Origin: Nitrospirota bacterium
GTDB lineage: Bacteria > Nitrospirota > Thermodesulfovibrionia > JACRGW01 > JBFLZU01
Length of the DNA: 51,236 nucleotides
Reading direction: 5' to 3'
Assembly: GCA_040756155.1 (NCBI GenBank)
Contig: JBFLZU010000065.1
Location: 1 to 51,236, forward strand
Of this stretch, positions 15,013 through 23,768 are shown piece by piece (within the stretch, counting starts at the first letter, position 1; every line of letters begins with the position of its first letter). Position numbers and translations under genes: made by a program. The notes under the pieces are model-generated. The model saw only the letters and a list, made by a program, of their open reading frames with translations, did not search any database and was not told the origin of the DNA.

Positions 15013-16913
15013 AATATCAATCCCGACATCCCGTCATCTTCGTAAGCAGACAAATCATACGGATCAAAGGTAGGTTTTTTCGATATACCTCTTTCATCGA
15101 TGTTCTTTTCGATGTGTTGGTAAATACCTATATCATCAATCCTGTCGCCTTTAACCATCTTGGTGTCACTATGGGTCTTTAAATATCCATTCCGTGATAA
15201 TACGGGTACCTTCAGCGGTGAAGTATCTATTCCCCATCTTTTCTTGTATTCATCAATATTCTGTGGCAGGGGCTTTATGAGACCTTTTATTAACCGTGAC
15301 TCATAATATCTCTCCAGATCAAGAATGAACGGCCTTGTATCAGGTGTAAAGCATATCGCCTTTTTCTTAGCCATATTTCTTATGCTGTCATCACTCATAA
15401 GGACATCAGGCTCCCATGCTATCTGTTTCTTATTGAGCCATGGTATTATCGGTTCGGTAAAATACCTTGTCATTAATGTCCTCTGTTTTCCAAGCATCTC
15501 AGAAACATACTTTGAGGTCTTAAGGTTTATCCCGCTGAGGTATATCTGTGTCCTTAGATTCGTCATAATAGCACCAAATCTATCCCCGTAGTTCTCAAAG
15601 AAGTCTATATTTGTGGTACTGAGGATGCACTGCGTATTTGTATCCCTCGCTATGGATATATACTCAGGCATATCAACAATATTCAAATTTTCAAATTCAT
15701 CGAGATAAAGCGCAAGGTCATTTGATCTAAAAAATATCTCACCTTTTGATGCCCTTTGCCTCTGGATGCGTTTCTCCTCAAATGCCCTTCGCATAACGAG
15801 TCTCGTCATAAGGGATGCTATCTGCATACCAACCTCTTTTTTGTCAACTGGAACACCTATGATCAAAAGTGCTGGTTCTTCTTCCCTGAAGAGAATCTCC
15901 AGAGTAAAATCGGATCTGGAGAAGGCAGCCTGAACCTGTGGTTCTTTAAATATAGAGAGTTTCTTGCGAACAGATGAGAGTATATCCATCTGCGACTCAT
16001 TAGTCCTCTTCATCCAGTCATCAAATCCAGTTATTATCTCAAGATTCCTGCAACACTGGATAAATTGATTCAGCACCTTGTGGGACCTTATCAACTGATA
16101 TGCGATAGAGAGACTGCATTCGCTGTCTTTAAACTCCTCCCTGATTAGTTTGAGCAGAGATTCGAGAAAATCGTGTGACCTTCCCTCAAAGAATTCATCT
16201 CTCTTTTGCACCCTCCTTTGATCCCCAAGAAAGGCATTTACGATTGTCTGTATCTCATCGTCTGTTGCCTCTAAAAGTGGATTGAATCCCCAGCAGTCAG
16301 GATGCCATGGATCAAAAAGGATAACCTTCTTGCCATTCTCCATCCATGCACCTGCAACTTTATTGTATAGTTCGGGAGATTTTGCATCTATAACAACTGC
16401 ACTTATATTCCCATAAGCGTCATACAGGAGCTGAGGAATTATAAGTGATGAAGTCTTTCCAATACCTGTGGGTCCAACTATCAGTGTGTGCATAAATCTC
16501 TGTTCACGGGGAAGTGATATCCTTCTGCCTCTATATCTACCGAGATGGTAAAAATTTTCCTTGTCACCTAAAAACCTTCTTAATCTTTCATACCTCTTGG
16601 AACATATGGAGATAGAACCGTATATAAAGACGCCTATAACACTGAATCCTGCTGCAACATTCATCATGCCTGCTCTGCCATAGAAATATGCAAGAATGAC
16701 AATCATAAAGGAAACCATTGCTGAAAACGAAACACGTCTCACAAGAGGGGTAACGGTTCCATAGAACCTTAAGATCTCCCTCCGTGTCGCCCATCTGCCA
16801 GTGTCTATGTTGGACTTTGTTTTTCTTGCAGTTGTATAGAGTTTATATACAGTGTAAGAGATAAGGATAAACATTATCGCCAGGATAACGGAAATATTCT
16901 TTGTCTCAAACAT
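15009..16913 (-). CDS. traD: Type IV secretion coupling protein (VirD4/TraG/TraD family ATPase)
   Basis: 634 aa. N-terminal TM helices, Walker A LIVGPTGIGKTS, Walker B-like LYLDEFENL. Confidence 0.8.
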   Translation of the reverse strand: MFETKNISVILAIMFILISYTVYKLYTTARKTKSNIDTGRWATRREILRFYGTVTPLVRRVSFSAMVSFMIVILAYFYGRAGMMNVAAGFSVIGVFIYGSISICSKRYERLRRFLGDKENFYHLGRYRGRRISLPREQRFMHTLIVGPTGIGKTSSLIIPQLLYDAYGNISAVVIDAKSPELYNKVAGAWMENGKKVILFDPWHPDCWGFNPLLEATDDEIQTIVNAFLGDQRRVQKRDEFFEGRSHDFLESLLKLIREEFKDSECSLSIAYQLIRSHKVLNQFIQCCRNLEIITGFDDWMKRTNESQMDILSSVRKKLSIFKEPQVQAAFSRSDFTLEILFREEEPALLIIGVPVDKKEVGMQIASLMTRLVMRRAFEEKRIQRQRASKGEIFFRSNDLALYLDEFENLNIVDMPEYISIARDTNTQCILSTTNIDFFENYGDRFGAIMTNLRTQIYLSGINLKTSKYVSEMLGKQRTLMTRYFTEPIIPWLNKKQIAWEPDVLMSDDSIRNMAKKKAICFTPDTRPFILDLERYYESRLIKGLIKPLPQNIDEYKKRWGIDTSPLKVPVLSRNGYLKTHSDTKMVKGDRIDDIGIYQHIEKNIDERGISKKPTFDPYDLSAYEDDGMSGLIL

Positions 16914-16914
16914 G

Positions 16915-18222
16915 TTATTTTCTCTTAAAGGTTACAAACCTCCACCTGCTTGTCATCCACATACTGAGACCGCTGATACCATACCATGTAAACCATGTAG
17001 TAAATATGGTTATGCCAAGAAAGATGAAGAGTGTAGAGACATCAGCGTGGATTGCATCTGTCTGAATCCCTGTAAACAGGGAAAATGCAGTCATGGCAGA
17101 TTCTGCAACAGTATCGGTAGTTCCCAATATTCTATCCCTTATCGTACTGGATATTGCCTCTACGATATACAATGAATTCAGCCACATCCACATCCCGAAG
17201 TATCTTACCAGGATTGAGAATCCGAATATCGTTGCGTAAAGAACAGTAAGAGGATATGATGCTGAGAGTATGACCTTGGCTGAACCAATAAAATCGTGAA
17301 GATGGTCTCTGATAAACCAGAATATCGCTGATAACATCTGAAGTAACAAAAACCTCGAAGGAAGATTTACAACTGACCCTGCAAAACCACCAACCTTTCT
17401 CCAGACGGATTCCCAGAACCCTTCATTTTCTGTTCTCCCACCTCTGAGTTTATCTTCTCTAATTTTTTCATTTAAGATCAGGGCATCAAATACTTCATCC
17501 CTCCAGCCATCACTGTTAAATCTCCTTCTGTATTCCTCTATTATTTTCTTCTGTCTTTCATTCAGAGTTAAATCTCTGATACCCTTTAACGCATGGCCCT
17601 GTAATCCTGCGTATGCATGTCTGTATGCATTACCAACCTTCTCGATGAGTATCCTTTTCTTTTCATCGCATGAGAGATCCTCACCACCCAGGATTCCTCT
17701 CTGGAAATATATAACTCCTTCTTCGCTTTCTGTCCTGTAATCCATCTTACTTGGAATTACAGTCTTACCTTTTCTTTCTCCTATAACATTCGCCTCTTTG
17801 TAACAGATGTTATAAAAATTTCTTATATCAGACCTATCATTTGAACTCAGGTTCTGATAGGTTTGCTCTATTGCAGCCATCCCGAGCTCACCCTCTTTGG
17901 CAGTAATCCATATCGCATCCACCTTGTAGTCTGGCACTGCAATCTCGCTAATCTTGAATGCGAGGGAGTTAATAAAGTCTGTGCATCTTACCCAGACGCT
18001 TGTTGTTGAAAATATCGAGAATATCAGGACAGATGTGAGAATATATTCACCCGCATACAAGTAAGGAGATTCGCTTCCTTTTATCGCAGAGAAATATTTC
18101 GTAACACCAATTAACACAACTATTACAAAGAGAAGCAGTGTCACAGGTGGAATAAATATAGAATCCTTTACTGATTTCAACATCTCAAGCATCATCACAT
18201 CATAGGGATATTCCTTAAACAT
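16915..18222 (-). CDS. traG: Polytopic membrane protein, F-type TraG N-terminal-domain-like
   Basis: 435 aa. Two N-terminal TM segments, a ~220-aa loop, then a cluster of C-terminal TM segments. Sits between the traH-like and T4CP genes, as traG does in F-like operons. The call rests on topology and position only. Confidence 0.4.
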   Translation of the reverse strand: MFKEYPYDVMMLEMLKSVKDSIFIPPVTLLLFVIVVLIGVTKYFSAIKGSESPYLYAGEYILTSVLIFSIFSTTSVWVRCTDFINSLAFKISEIAVPDYKVDAIWITAKEGELGMAAIEQTYQNLSSNDRSDIRNFYNICYKEANVIGERKGKTVIPSKMDYRTESEEGVIYFQRGILGGEDLSCDEKKRILIEKVGNAYRHAYAGLQGHALKGIRDLTLNERQKKIIEEYRRRFNSDGWRDEVFDALILNEKIREDKLRGGRTENEGFWESVWRKVGGFAGSVVNLPSRFLLLQMLSAIFWFIRDHLHDFIGSAKVILSASYPLTVLYATIFGFSILVRYFGMWMWLNSLYIVEAISSTIRDRILGTTDTVAESAMTAFSLFTGIQTDAIHADVSTLFIFLGITIFTTWFTWYGISGLSMWMTSRWRFVTFKRK

Positions 18223-18225
18223 GAA

Positions 18226-19464
18226 TCATCTCCTTTTGATATCCCTGGATTTAAAAAGTATCCCTCCAATCTGTTCATCAGATAGAACAGGAAGTCTTAC
18301 ATCAGGATTGTATTTTATGAGCCTTTCAAAGAGTGGAGCTATAAGTTCTTTCTGAATCTTTGCCTTCTCTATAAGAAAGTTATACTGGTTCAGAAGCCTT
18401 TTTCTTTTTCTCTCGAGTTCAGCAATCTCACCTTTGCTGAGTCTCGGGTTCGACTCTTCTGCTTCAAGTATATTGTGAACTTCTATAATCTTATACTGTA
18501 GTTTGATTATTGACTGGATAGTGGATATATGGTCTATCACCACCGTCCTCGTAGCCGAATCCATCATATGAAGTGTCTTGAGTATCTCGATGGTCACCTG
18601 CCATTCAGGTGTGGATACCTTCTTTATGTCATCAATCGAAATATTCTCACCCTTCAGGTATCTGTCCATAAGGGAGTTCAAGTTTTTCGCATAGTCCTCT
18701 TTTAAATCCGCATGGAGGTTTTCAACCGCATTCATACCAATCTTTGTTGCCCCCGCTCTTCCAGCACCACTATACCTCATATCTCCAATCAGCAACTTTG
18801 CGATATTCTCTGTAGCAGGAGATGCTCCGGCATGCTTGAGGGCTTTATCAATCAGATCGATCTCACCTTCTGTGAATCCTCCCCATGGATCTTTAATGTT
18901 TTTTTCACTCCTGCATTTATCCATAGCTAAATTGAGGTCCATACCCGTAGACACTTTCTGATTTATACATTCATAAAGACCTTTGTGCTGAAGCATCATA
19001 CCGATATTCATTGCACCCTCTTCCAACTGAGCACACTGGGCATTTCTCAGCGTCAACATCATATTTGTCATCGCCTTGAAATGTTTGTATGCATCGCAGA
19101 GTTGTTGCGAAGCATAGCACATAAGGACAAGAGGTGCTGCAGCAATAGCGGTTCCTGCCAGTCCTTTTGCAAAACTTTCTAAAGCCTCCTGATTGAACAT
19201 AGCCTTTATATTTCCTGCAAGGTCAAGGGCACTGCAGCCTCTTCTCTCAGCATCAAGTTGAAATCGAAGCATATCTCCTCCTGACGACTTATTTGGAAAT
19301 GCCCTGATACCACCGCTGTAAGAAAAACTTTTATCACTCCTTGAATAATCATTGTAGGTCTCAAATGCCTTATCCCTTGAGTCTTCAAACAGGTCTCCAG
19401 AGACTGAGGATACATAACTTATTGAAAGGAGAAAACCTATTATATGAGCAATCAGTTTACGCAT
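18226..19464 (-). CDS. traH: F-type TraH-like periplasmic protein
   Basis: 412 aa with a signal peptide. RGCSALDLAGN..F..L..A.. resembles the TraH GCGGIDLF region. Position is upstream of the traG-like gene. Confidence 0.5.
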   Translation of the reverse strand: MRKLIAHIIGFLLSISYVSSVSGDLFEDSRDKAFETYNDYSRSDKSFSYSGGIRAFPNKSSGGDMLRFQLDAERRGCSALDLAGNIKAMFNQEALESFAKGLAGTAIAAAPLVLMCYASQQLCDAYKHFKAMTNMMLTLRNAQCAQLEEGAMNIGMMLQHKGLYECINQKVSTGMDLNLAMDKCRSEKNIKDPWGGFTEGEIDLIDKALKHAGASPATENIAKLLIGDMRYSGAGRAGATKIGMNAVENLHADLKEDYAKNLNSLMDRYLKGENISIDDIKKVSTPEWQVTIEILKTLHMMDSATRTVVIDHISTIQSIIKLQYKIIEVHNILEAEESNPRLSKGEIAELERKRKRLLNQYNFLIEKAKIQKELIAPLFERLIKYNPDVRLPVLSDEQIGGILFKSRDIKRR

Positions 19465-19487
19465 AATTTACCCATTTAATTAAAATA

Positions 19488-19904
19488 TTACTTCTCTGAA
19501 TTAGTTTGTTTAACAACATCCTCTTGAACTGCAATCTGGTTTAAGACTTCCTGTGCTGCATTTATCTTTCTGAGTTTCTCTTTGTTCCACTCAAGATACC
19601 TCTTTGCATTCTCTTCTGTAGGATCCTCAAGGAAATCAAGGACTATTTTTGGAGGTACATAGTATCTTATGGAGCCATCAGGAGATATAACAGGTTCAAT
19701 CCAGAGGCTCTCCTTTTGAGACTTGAGATTTGAGATTTGAGATTTCATATTTGAGGATGGTGCTGGTGCTTTCTTAGTTTCTTCCTTGCACTCAGAAAAA
19801 AAGACAATCTTTTTACAGTCAAAGAAGGATACCCCTCTATCTTCTGCAAAAATGGAACTCGGGTATAACAGCAATATTAAGGTTATAAGTATTTTTCTGT
19901 TCAC
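19488..19904 (-). CDS. Secreted 138-aa protein, tentatively TraF N-terminal-region-like
   Basis: Signal peptide MNRKILITLILLLYPSSIFA. DPTEENAKRYLEWNKEKLRK resembles the helical N-terminal part of TraF-type proteins. Contains the heptamer tract. Confidence 0.3.
   Translation of the reverse strand: MNRKILITLILLLYPSSIFAEDRGVSFFDCKKIVFFSECKEETKKAPAPSSNMKSQISNLKSQKESLWIEPVISPDGSIRYYVPPKIVLDFLEDPTEENAKRYLEWNKEKLRKINAAQEVLNQIAVQEDVVKQTNSEK
19716..19757. repeat. Six consecutive 7-bp units (TTGAGAC, TTGAGAT x3, TTCATAT, TTGAGGA) inside a CDS
   Basis: Read directly from the sequence. Encodes ..NMKSQISNLKSQKE.. on the minus strand. Confidence 0.9.
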
Positions 19905-19965
19905 ATATATGATATTACTTTTGCATGGAAGAAAAAGGTGGTATGTTAGAGCGCAGGAAAAAGGT

Positions 19966-20711
19966 TTATTTCTTTTCTAAGTCCTGGTAAATACTACTAA
20001 ATTGATCAAGAGCAGATTCAAGATTTTCAGCAATATCTCTCGCAAGCAAGTCCGGATCTGGAAGGTTTTCAGAATCTTCGAGGCTTTCATCCTTCAGCCA
20101 GAAAATATCAAAACTTACCTTATCCCGTTGGATCAATTCGTTATAAGTGAATGCTCTGAATCGTTCCGTCTCTTTTCTGTTAAAGCGGTTATCCTGGTTA
20201 TAGCATCTGATAAAATCCTGGAGGTCTTCGTATCGCAATGGGTTCGTCTTGAGAGTAAAGTGCTTGTTTGTTCTTAAATCGTATATCCAGAGTATTCTTC
20301 TGCAAAAGCCCTTCGTATATCTCTCCCTTTACATCAATATCTATCCCTACCCATGTCTCATCATTAATGAGCATTATCAATCTCTTGAGTTTTGCAGGGT
20401 CTTGAATCTTATTCTGCGACTTTCTGGAAGATAACCCCAAGCATGCCCTTTTCTTTACCGAGAGACTCAAGGATATGTCTGTAATGGACTTCGAGGACAT
20501 CCCCATCTTTTTCAAGAAGGCTCTGCCAGTCAAGACCCTTCGGGATTGTTGGGGGTTTGTTAAAGGGCGGCCTCGTCTGCTCATCGGCCATCTTGAGGAA
20601 CAAGAGATATGTGAGCTGTTCCACATAGTCGCCATAGCTTACCCCGTCATCACGGAGGACATTGCAGTAATTCCAGAGTCTTTGAACTATTGTTGAAGAT
20701 TCATTAGGCAT
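19966..20711 (-). pseudogene. hsdM: hsdM (type I R-M methyltransferase) pseudogene: frameshift plus loss of the catalytic core
   Basis: Frame 1 gives the HsdM N-terminus (MPNESSTIVQRLWNYCNVLRDDGVSYGDYVEQLTYLLFLKMADE..). A 1-nt shift lies near 20411-20430 (..IFQK / QNKIQDPAKLKRLI..). After YEGLLQKN (~20295) the frame jumps to WIYDLRTNKHFTLKTNPLRYEDLQDF.., the HsdM C-terminal tail. The AdoMet/NPPF core is absent. Confidence 0.75.
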
Positions 20712-21066
20712 GATGTCCTCTACCAGTTTTGATCGTAGCGTAAATTGCTCTAATGTCGGATATGATTTTATCTATTGAAGGCTCTTTACAGGGGATATGT
20801 CCTGAGGGATTTTCATATGGATGATAGTGCCATTCCTTCAAATTATCATATCCGAAGATTCTTTGATCATTCTGTATCAATGCAAAATCCATGCGCTCGT
20901 TTCTTGCATTATATCGCACTGCAAGGAAAAGGTTTTCACCAAAATGGATATTACATTTAAGAGATCTGTGGGTTCTTAAAAGGAATTCGATCTTATACTC
21001 TACGAAATGTTTTTTGAGAGAAGTTGTTATTTCTGAAAGGAAGGCATCAACATTAAGGCTCTTCAT
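20704..21066 (-). CDS. Small protein, tentatively DUF6516/TumE-like toxin family
   Basis: 120 aa. FGYDNLKEWHYHPYENPSGHIP His-rich pattern. 4-bp overlap with the upstream 108-aa ORF. Confidence 0.3.
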   Translation of the reverse strand: MKSLNVDAFLSEITTSLKKHFVEYKIEFLLRTHRSLKCNIHFGENLFLAVRYNARNERMDFALIQNDQRIFGYDNLKEWHYHPYENPSGHIPCKEPSIDKIISDIRAIYATIKTGRGHHA

Positions 21067-21389
21067 TTTTTCTTAAAGCCTTTAAGTTTTGCCAGTGCTG
21101 ATAATAACTCCCTTTTCTCCATCTCTAACATTTCCCAATCTATAAAATCTCCTTCTACCTCATGACCGTGCCTATTCTCAATCTTATCTTCATCCCACAT
21201 CTTTTCGAATTCCTTAAAAGAGACACCATATTTCTCTTCAAATCTCAGTATCTCACGGGTATAGTGCTCTATCCTGTTCTCTATTGCAGAGAGAAGAATA
21301 TCATCTATTTTTTCCTTCAGCGCATTTTCACCAAAGGATTCTACGAGGGCATTGTATATATCTTTGTCTATTTCCAATATATTAGGCAT
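21063..21389 (-). CDS. Small acidic helical protein, possible antitoxin-type partner
   Basis: 108 aa. RFEEKYGVSFKEFEKMWDE pattern, seen in small antitoxin-like proteins. Translationally coupled to 20704-21066. Confidence 0.3.
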   Translation of the reverse strand: MPNILEIDKDIYNALVESFGENALKEKIDDILLSAIENRIEHYTREILRFEEKYGVSFKEFEKMWDEDKIENRHGHEVEGDFIDWEMLEMEKRELLSALAKLKGFKKK

Positions 21390-21453
21390 GGTAACCTCCT
21401 TTTATCTTTTCATATTATAGCAGAAGTTTTATTCCCCCTTATATTTTTCTTTC

Positions 21454-21525
21454 GTAAGGGCGAATGGCCGTTCGCCCTTACATCCGTTTGTCCTGCCATT
21501 TCAATGGGCGTATTGCCATACGCCC
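21454..21525. repeat. Two REP-like GC-rich hairpins downstream of the RAYT remnant
   Basis: GTAAGGGCGAA-TGGCCG-TTCGCCCTTAC (21454-21481, 11-bp stem). GGGCGTA-TTGCCA-TACGCCC (21506-21525, 7-bp stem). Confidence 0.8.
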
Positions 21526-21530
21526 TTAGA

Positions 21531-21827
21531 TTATTTCTTTCTGTTCGGATTCTCCTCATCTTCATCCCATTTCAAGGGATTATATCTGATGTATTCACGG
21601 ATAGAATTTAATTCATTTTCATTGCGAATTATGTGTTCGTAATAATTGCGTTGCCAGAGTATAGCCGACCGTTCCACATTATTTTGATTTATCCATTTTA
21701 AATATTCGGTTGAAACCATTGATTTAAATACACCAACGATATTTCCTAATGTAGGGGCAGGGCTTGCCCCTGCCCTTTTATTTGTTATTTCATTATTTTG
21801 GGCAACCGCAAGGGTTGCCCCTACATT
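21531..21827 (-). pseudogene. 3' remnant of an IS200-like / REP-associated tyrosine transposase (RAYT-type) gene
   Basis: Open frame ..NVGATLAVAQNNEITNKRAGASPAPTLGNIVGVFKSMVSTEYLKWINQ..LWQRNYYEHIIRNENELNSIREYIRYNPLKWDEDE. This is the C-terminal YEHIIRNE..IREYI.NNP..W signature only; the N-terminal HUH/Tyr domain is absent. The frame starts at the hsdR' stop. Confidence 0.6.
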
Positions 21828-21828
21828 T

Positions 21829-22905
21829 TTAATCCATTACAAGGTTCTGATTGAAAAACCCAAGGGTTTGTTTTGAAGGAGTCGCAGTAAGTCCTATAAT
21901 AAAGGCATCAAAATACTCAAGAACCTGTCTCCATAAGTTATAGATAGAACGGTGGCATTCATCAGTAATGATAAAATCAAAGGTTTCAATTGGAATCTGA
22001 GGATTGTATAAAACCTGTAGGGGCGGGCTGACCACATCCCTATCGTATTCAAATATTGATCGCTCTTCAAGTTCGGCGTCAAATTCAGGTTCCCCTTTGA
22101 GCATGGAATAAAGCCTTTGAATGGTTGTAATGCACACCCGGCTTACAGGGTCGAGTGTGTTTGTGGTGAGGTGCTGAACATTATAAAGCTCTGTAAACTT
22201 TCTGCCGTCATCAGGGGTTATATACTGCTGGAATTCCTTTCTCGTCTGGCGACCGAGATTGTTTCGGTCAACTAAGAAAAGCACTCTTTTTGCATTCGCA
22301 AATTTTATTAACCTGTAAATGAAACTTACAGCAGTATAAGTCTTTCCTCCGCCTGATGCCATCTGGATGAGCGCCCTCTGTCTTGCCTCTGCAAAGGATT
22401 TTTCAAGGTTCTGAATTGCCTCAATCTGACAATCCCTTAAGCCTTCAGTTATCAAAATAGGCATGTTCGTAAGCCTTGCTCTCAGGGTGTTGCCCTGTGA
22501 AAGCCATTCGTTAAGTGTTTCAGGCTTATGAAAGGCAAATACCCTTCGAGAGCGTGGGGTAGGGTCTCTCAAATCCCTGAAAAAGGTTTCTATACCTGTG
22601 CTCTCATAGGCAAAGGGAAGGGGTTCGTGAACATGTGGTAAATCTTTAGGAAGACCATACAGATAGGCTTCAGATTGCTCAGCAACACCGCTTAATGTGG
22701 TACCTTCAGGCTTTGCCTCCATAACTCCAACAGCTCTTCTATCCACAAAAAGCAGATAATCTGCGAGTCCCGATTCAAGTGGGAATTCACGGAGAGCCAC
22801 GCCAAGAGAAGCACCAAGATTTAATTCCTGTAAGTCCTGAACCCTCCAGCCTGCCATCTCAAGCAGTTGGTCGATATGTCGCCGTGCTTTCTCCTCAGGT
22901 TCCAT
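21829..22905 (-). pseudogene. hsdR: Truncated hsdR-type (type I/III restriction helicase-nuclease) gene, N-terminal ~358 aa only
   Basis: MEPEEKARRHIDQLLEMAGWRV N-terminal nuclease-domain pattern, Walker A QMASGGGKTYTA, FIITDECHRS (DEAH-type), LTATP. It stops just after motif III; the helicase C-lobe and C-terminal domains are missing. Confidence 0.7.
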
Positions 22906-23195
22906 GCTAATAACCTTTCTCTACATCTTATATAAGCATCGCCATTTTGTATAACCTAAAGGTTGTATGAAACTCTTGTAAGTTCTCCTTTTATTGCTAT
23001 AATTATACTCACAAAATTAAAGATGTAAAGGAAGAATAATTGGCTTATGTAGGAGGAATTGCTCGGAGTAAGGAGGTCTTCAAGTTATTGTGCAGTTAAC
23101 TTTAGAGATCGGGGGGTAATGGAATATCAAGTATCTTTGCCATAGCTATGTAAAAAGAGTCATACTGGTTAGGACATCACTAGAGTAACTGTCCT

Positions 23196-23768
23196 TTATG
23201 GAAGATACCTTCCAAGTTTCGGTTGTCCATAAACCTTATGAAACTTACCATCTCTGACAAATACAAAGGCTGGAATCTTTTCAATCTTAAACATCTCGAT
23301 CTCCTCCCCAGGGATATGAATAACCATATCATCACCCCATTGTTTCTTAAGTTCCATAAATCGTTTCCCATCAAACACCGTTGAGAATATCTTCACATCG
23401 TAATCAGGATGACTCTTTGAAAATTCATTTGCTGTCTTTATAGCACCAATGCTGTAAGGACAATCACCAACGAATACATAGAGTATCTTCTTCTCCTGAA
23501 TTTCCCTTTTCAGAAACTCCCTTTGGGCATCTTTTATAAGATTATCAACCTCTTGTTGTGGAGATACCTGAGAATCAGATTTGAGACTTCGTCGTGAGCG
23601 CTCAGCCGAACGATTTGAGATTTGAGATTTCTTGCTTTTAACTTCTGACTTCTGACTTTTTACTAAAGGATTAGTAAAGATATCCGCATGTGTAATATCT
23701 ATAGTAAAGGCACACCAGTAAAAGAGCCAGGCGTAACACAGCAACAGACCTTTCGCCAGTAAACCCAT
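23196..23768 (-). CDS. Periplasmic thioredoxin-fold protein, F-type TraF/TrbB-like, with CxxS active-site variant
   Basis: Start taken at Met26 of the track ORF (23768), giving signal-like MGLLAKGLLLCYAWLFYWCAF. KILYVFVGDCPYSIGA and IEKIPAFVFV (thioredoxin beta1-CxxS and cis-Pro region). Carries the repeat insert at 23575-23634. Confidence 0.5.
   Translation of the reverse strand: MGLLAKGLLLCYAWLFYWCAFTIDITHADIFTNPLVKSQKSEVKSKKSQISNRSAERSRRSLKSDSQVSPQQEVDNLIKDAQREFLKREIQEKKILYVFVGDCPYSIGAIKTANEFSKSHPDYDVKIFSTVFDGKRFMELKKQWGDDMVIHIPGEEIEMFKIEKIPAFVFVRDGKFHKVYGQPKLGRYLP
23575..23634. repeat. Composite repeat: heptamer tract interrupted by a 26-nt imperfect palindrome (copy 1)
   Basis: TTGAGAC (23581-23587), then TTCGTCGTGAGCGCTCAGCCGAACGA (23588-23613; perfect 10-nt core TGAGCGCTCA), then TTTGAGA x2 (23614-23627). 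In frame within the CDS (..KSQISNRSAERSRRSLKSD..). Confidence 0.9.

Noticed and set aside
19966-22905. A functional type I restriction-modification system
   Set aside because: hsdM lacks its catalytic core and is frameshifted. hsdR stops after helicase motif III. No hsdS is present. I scored these as pseudogenes.
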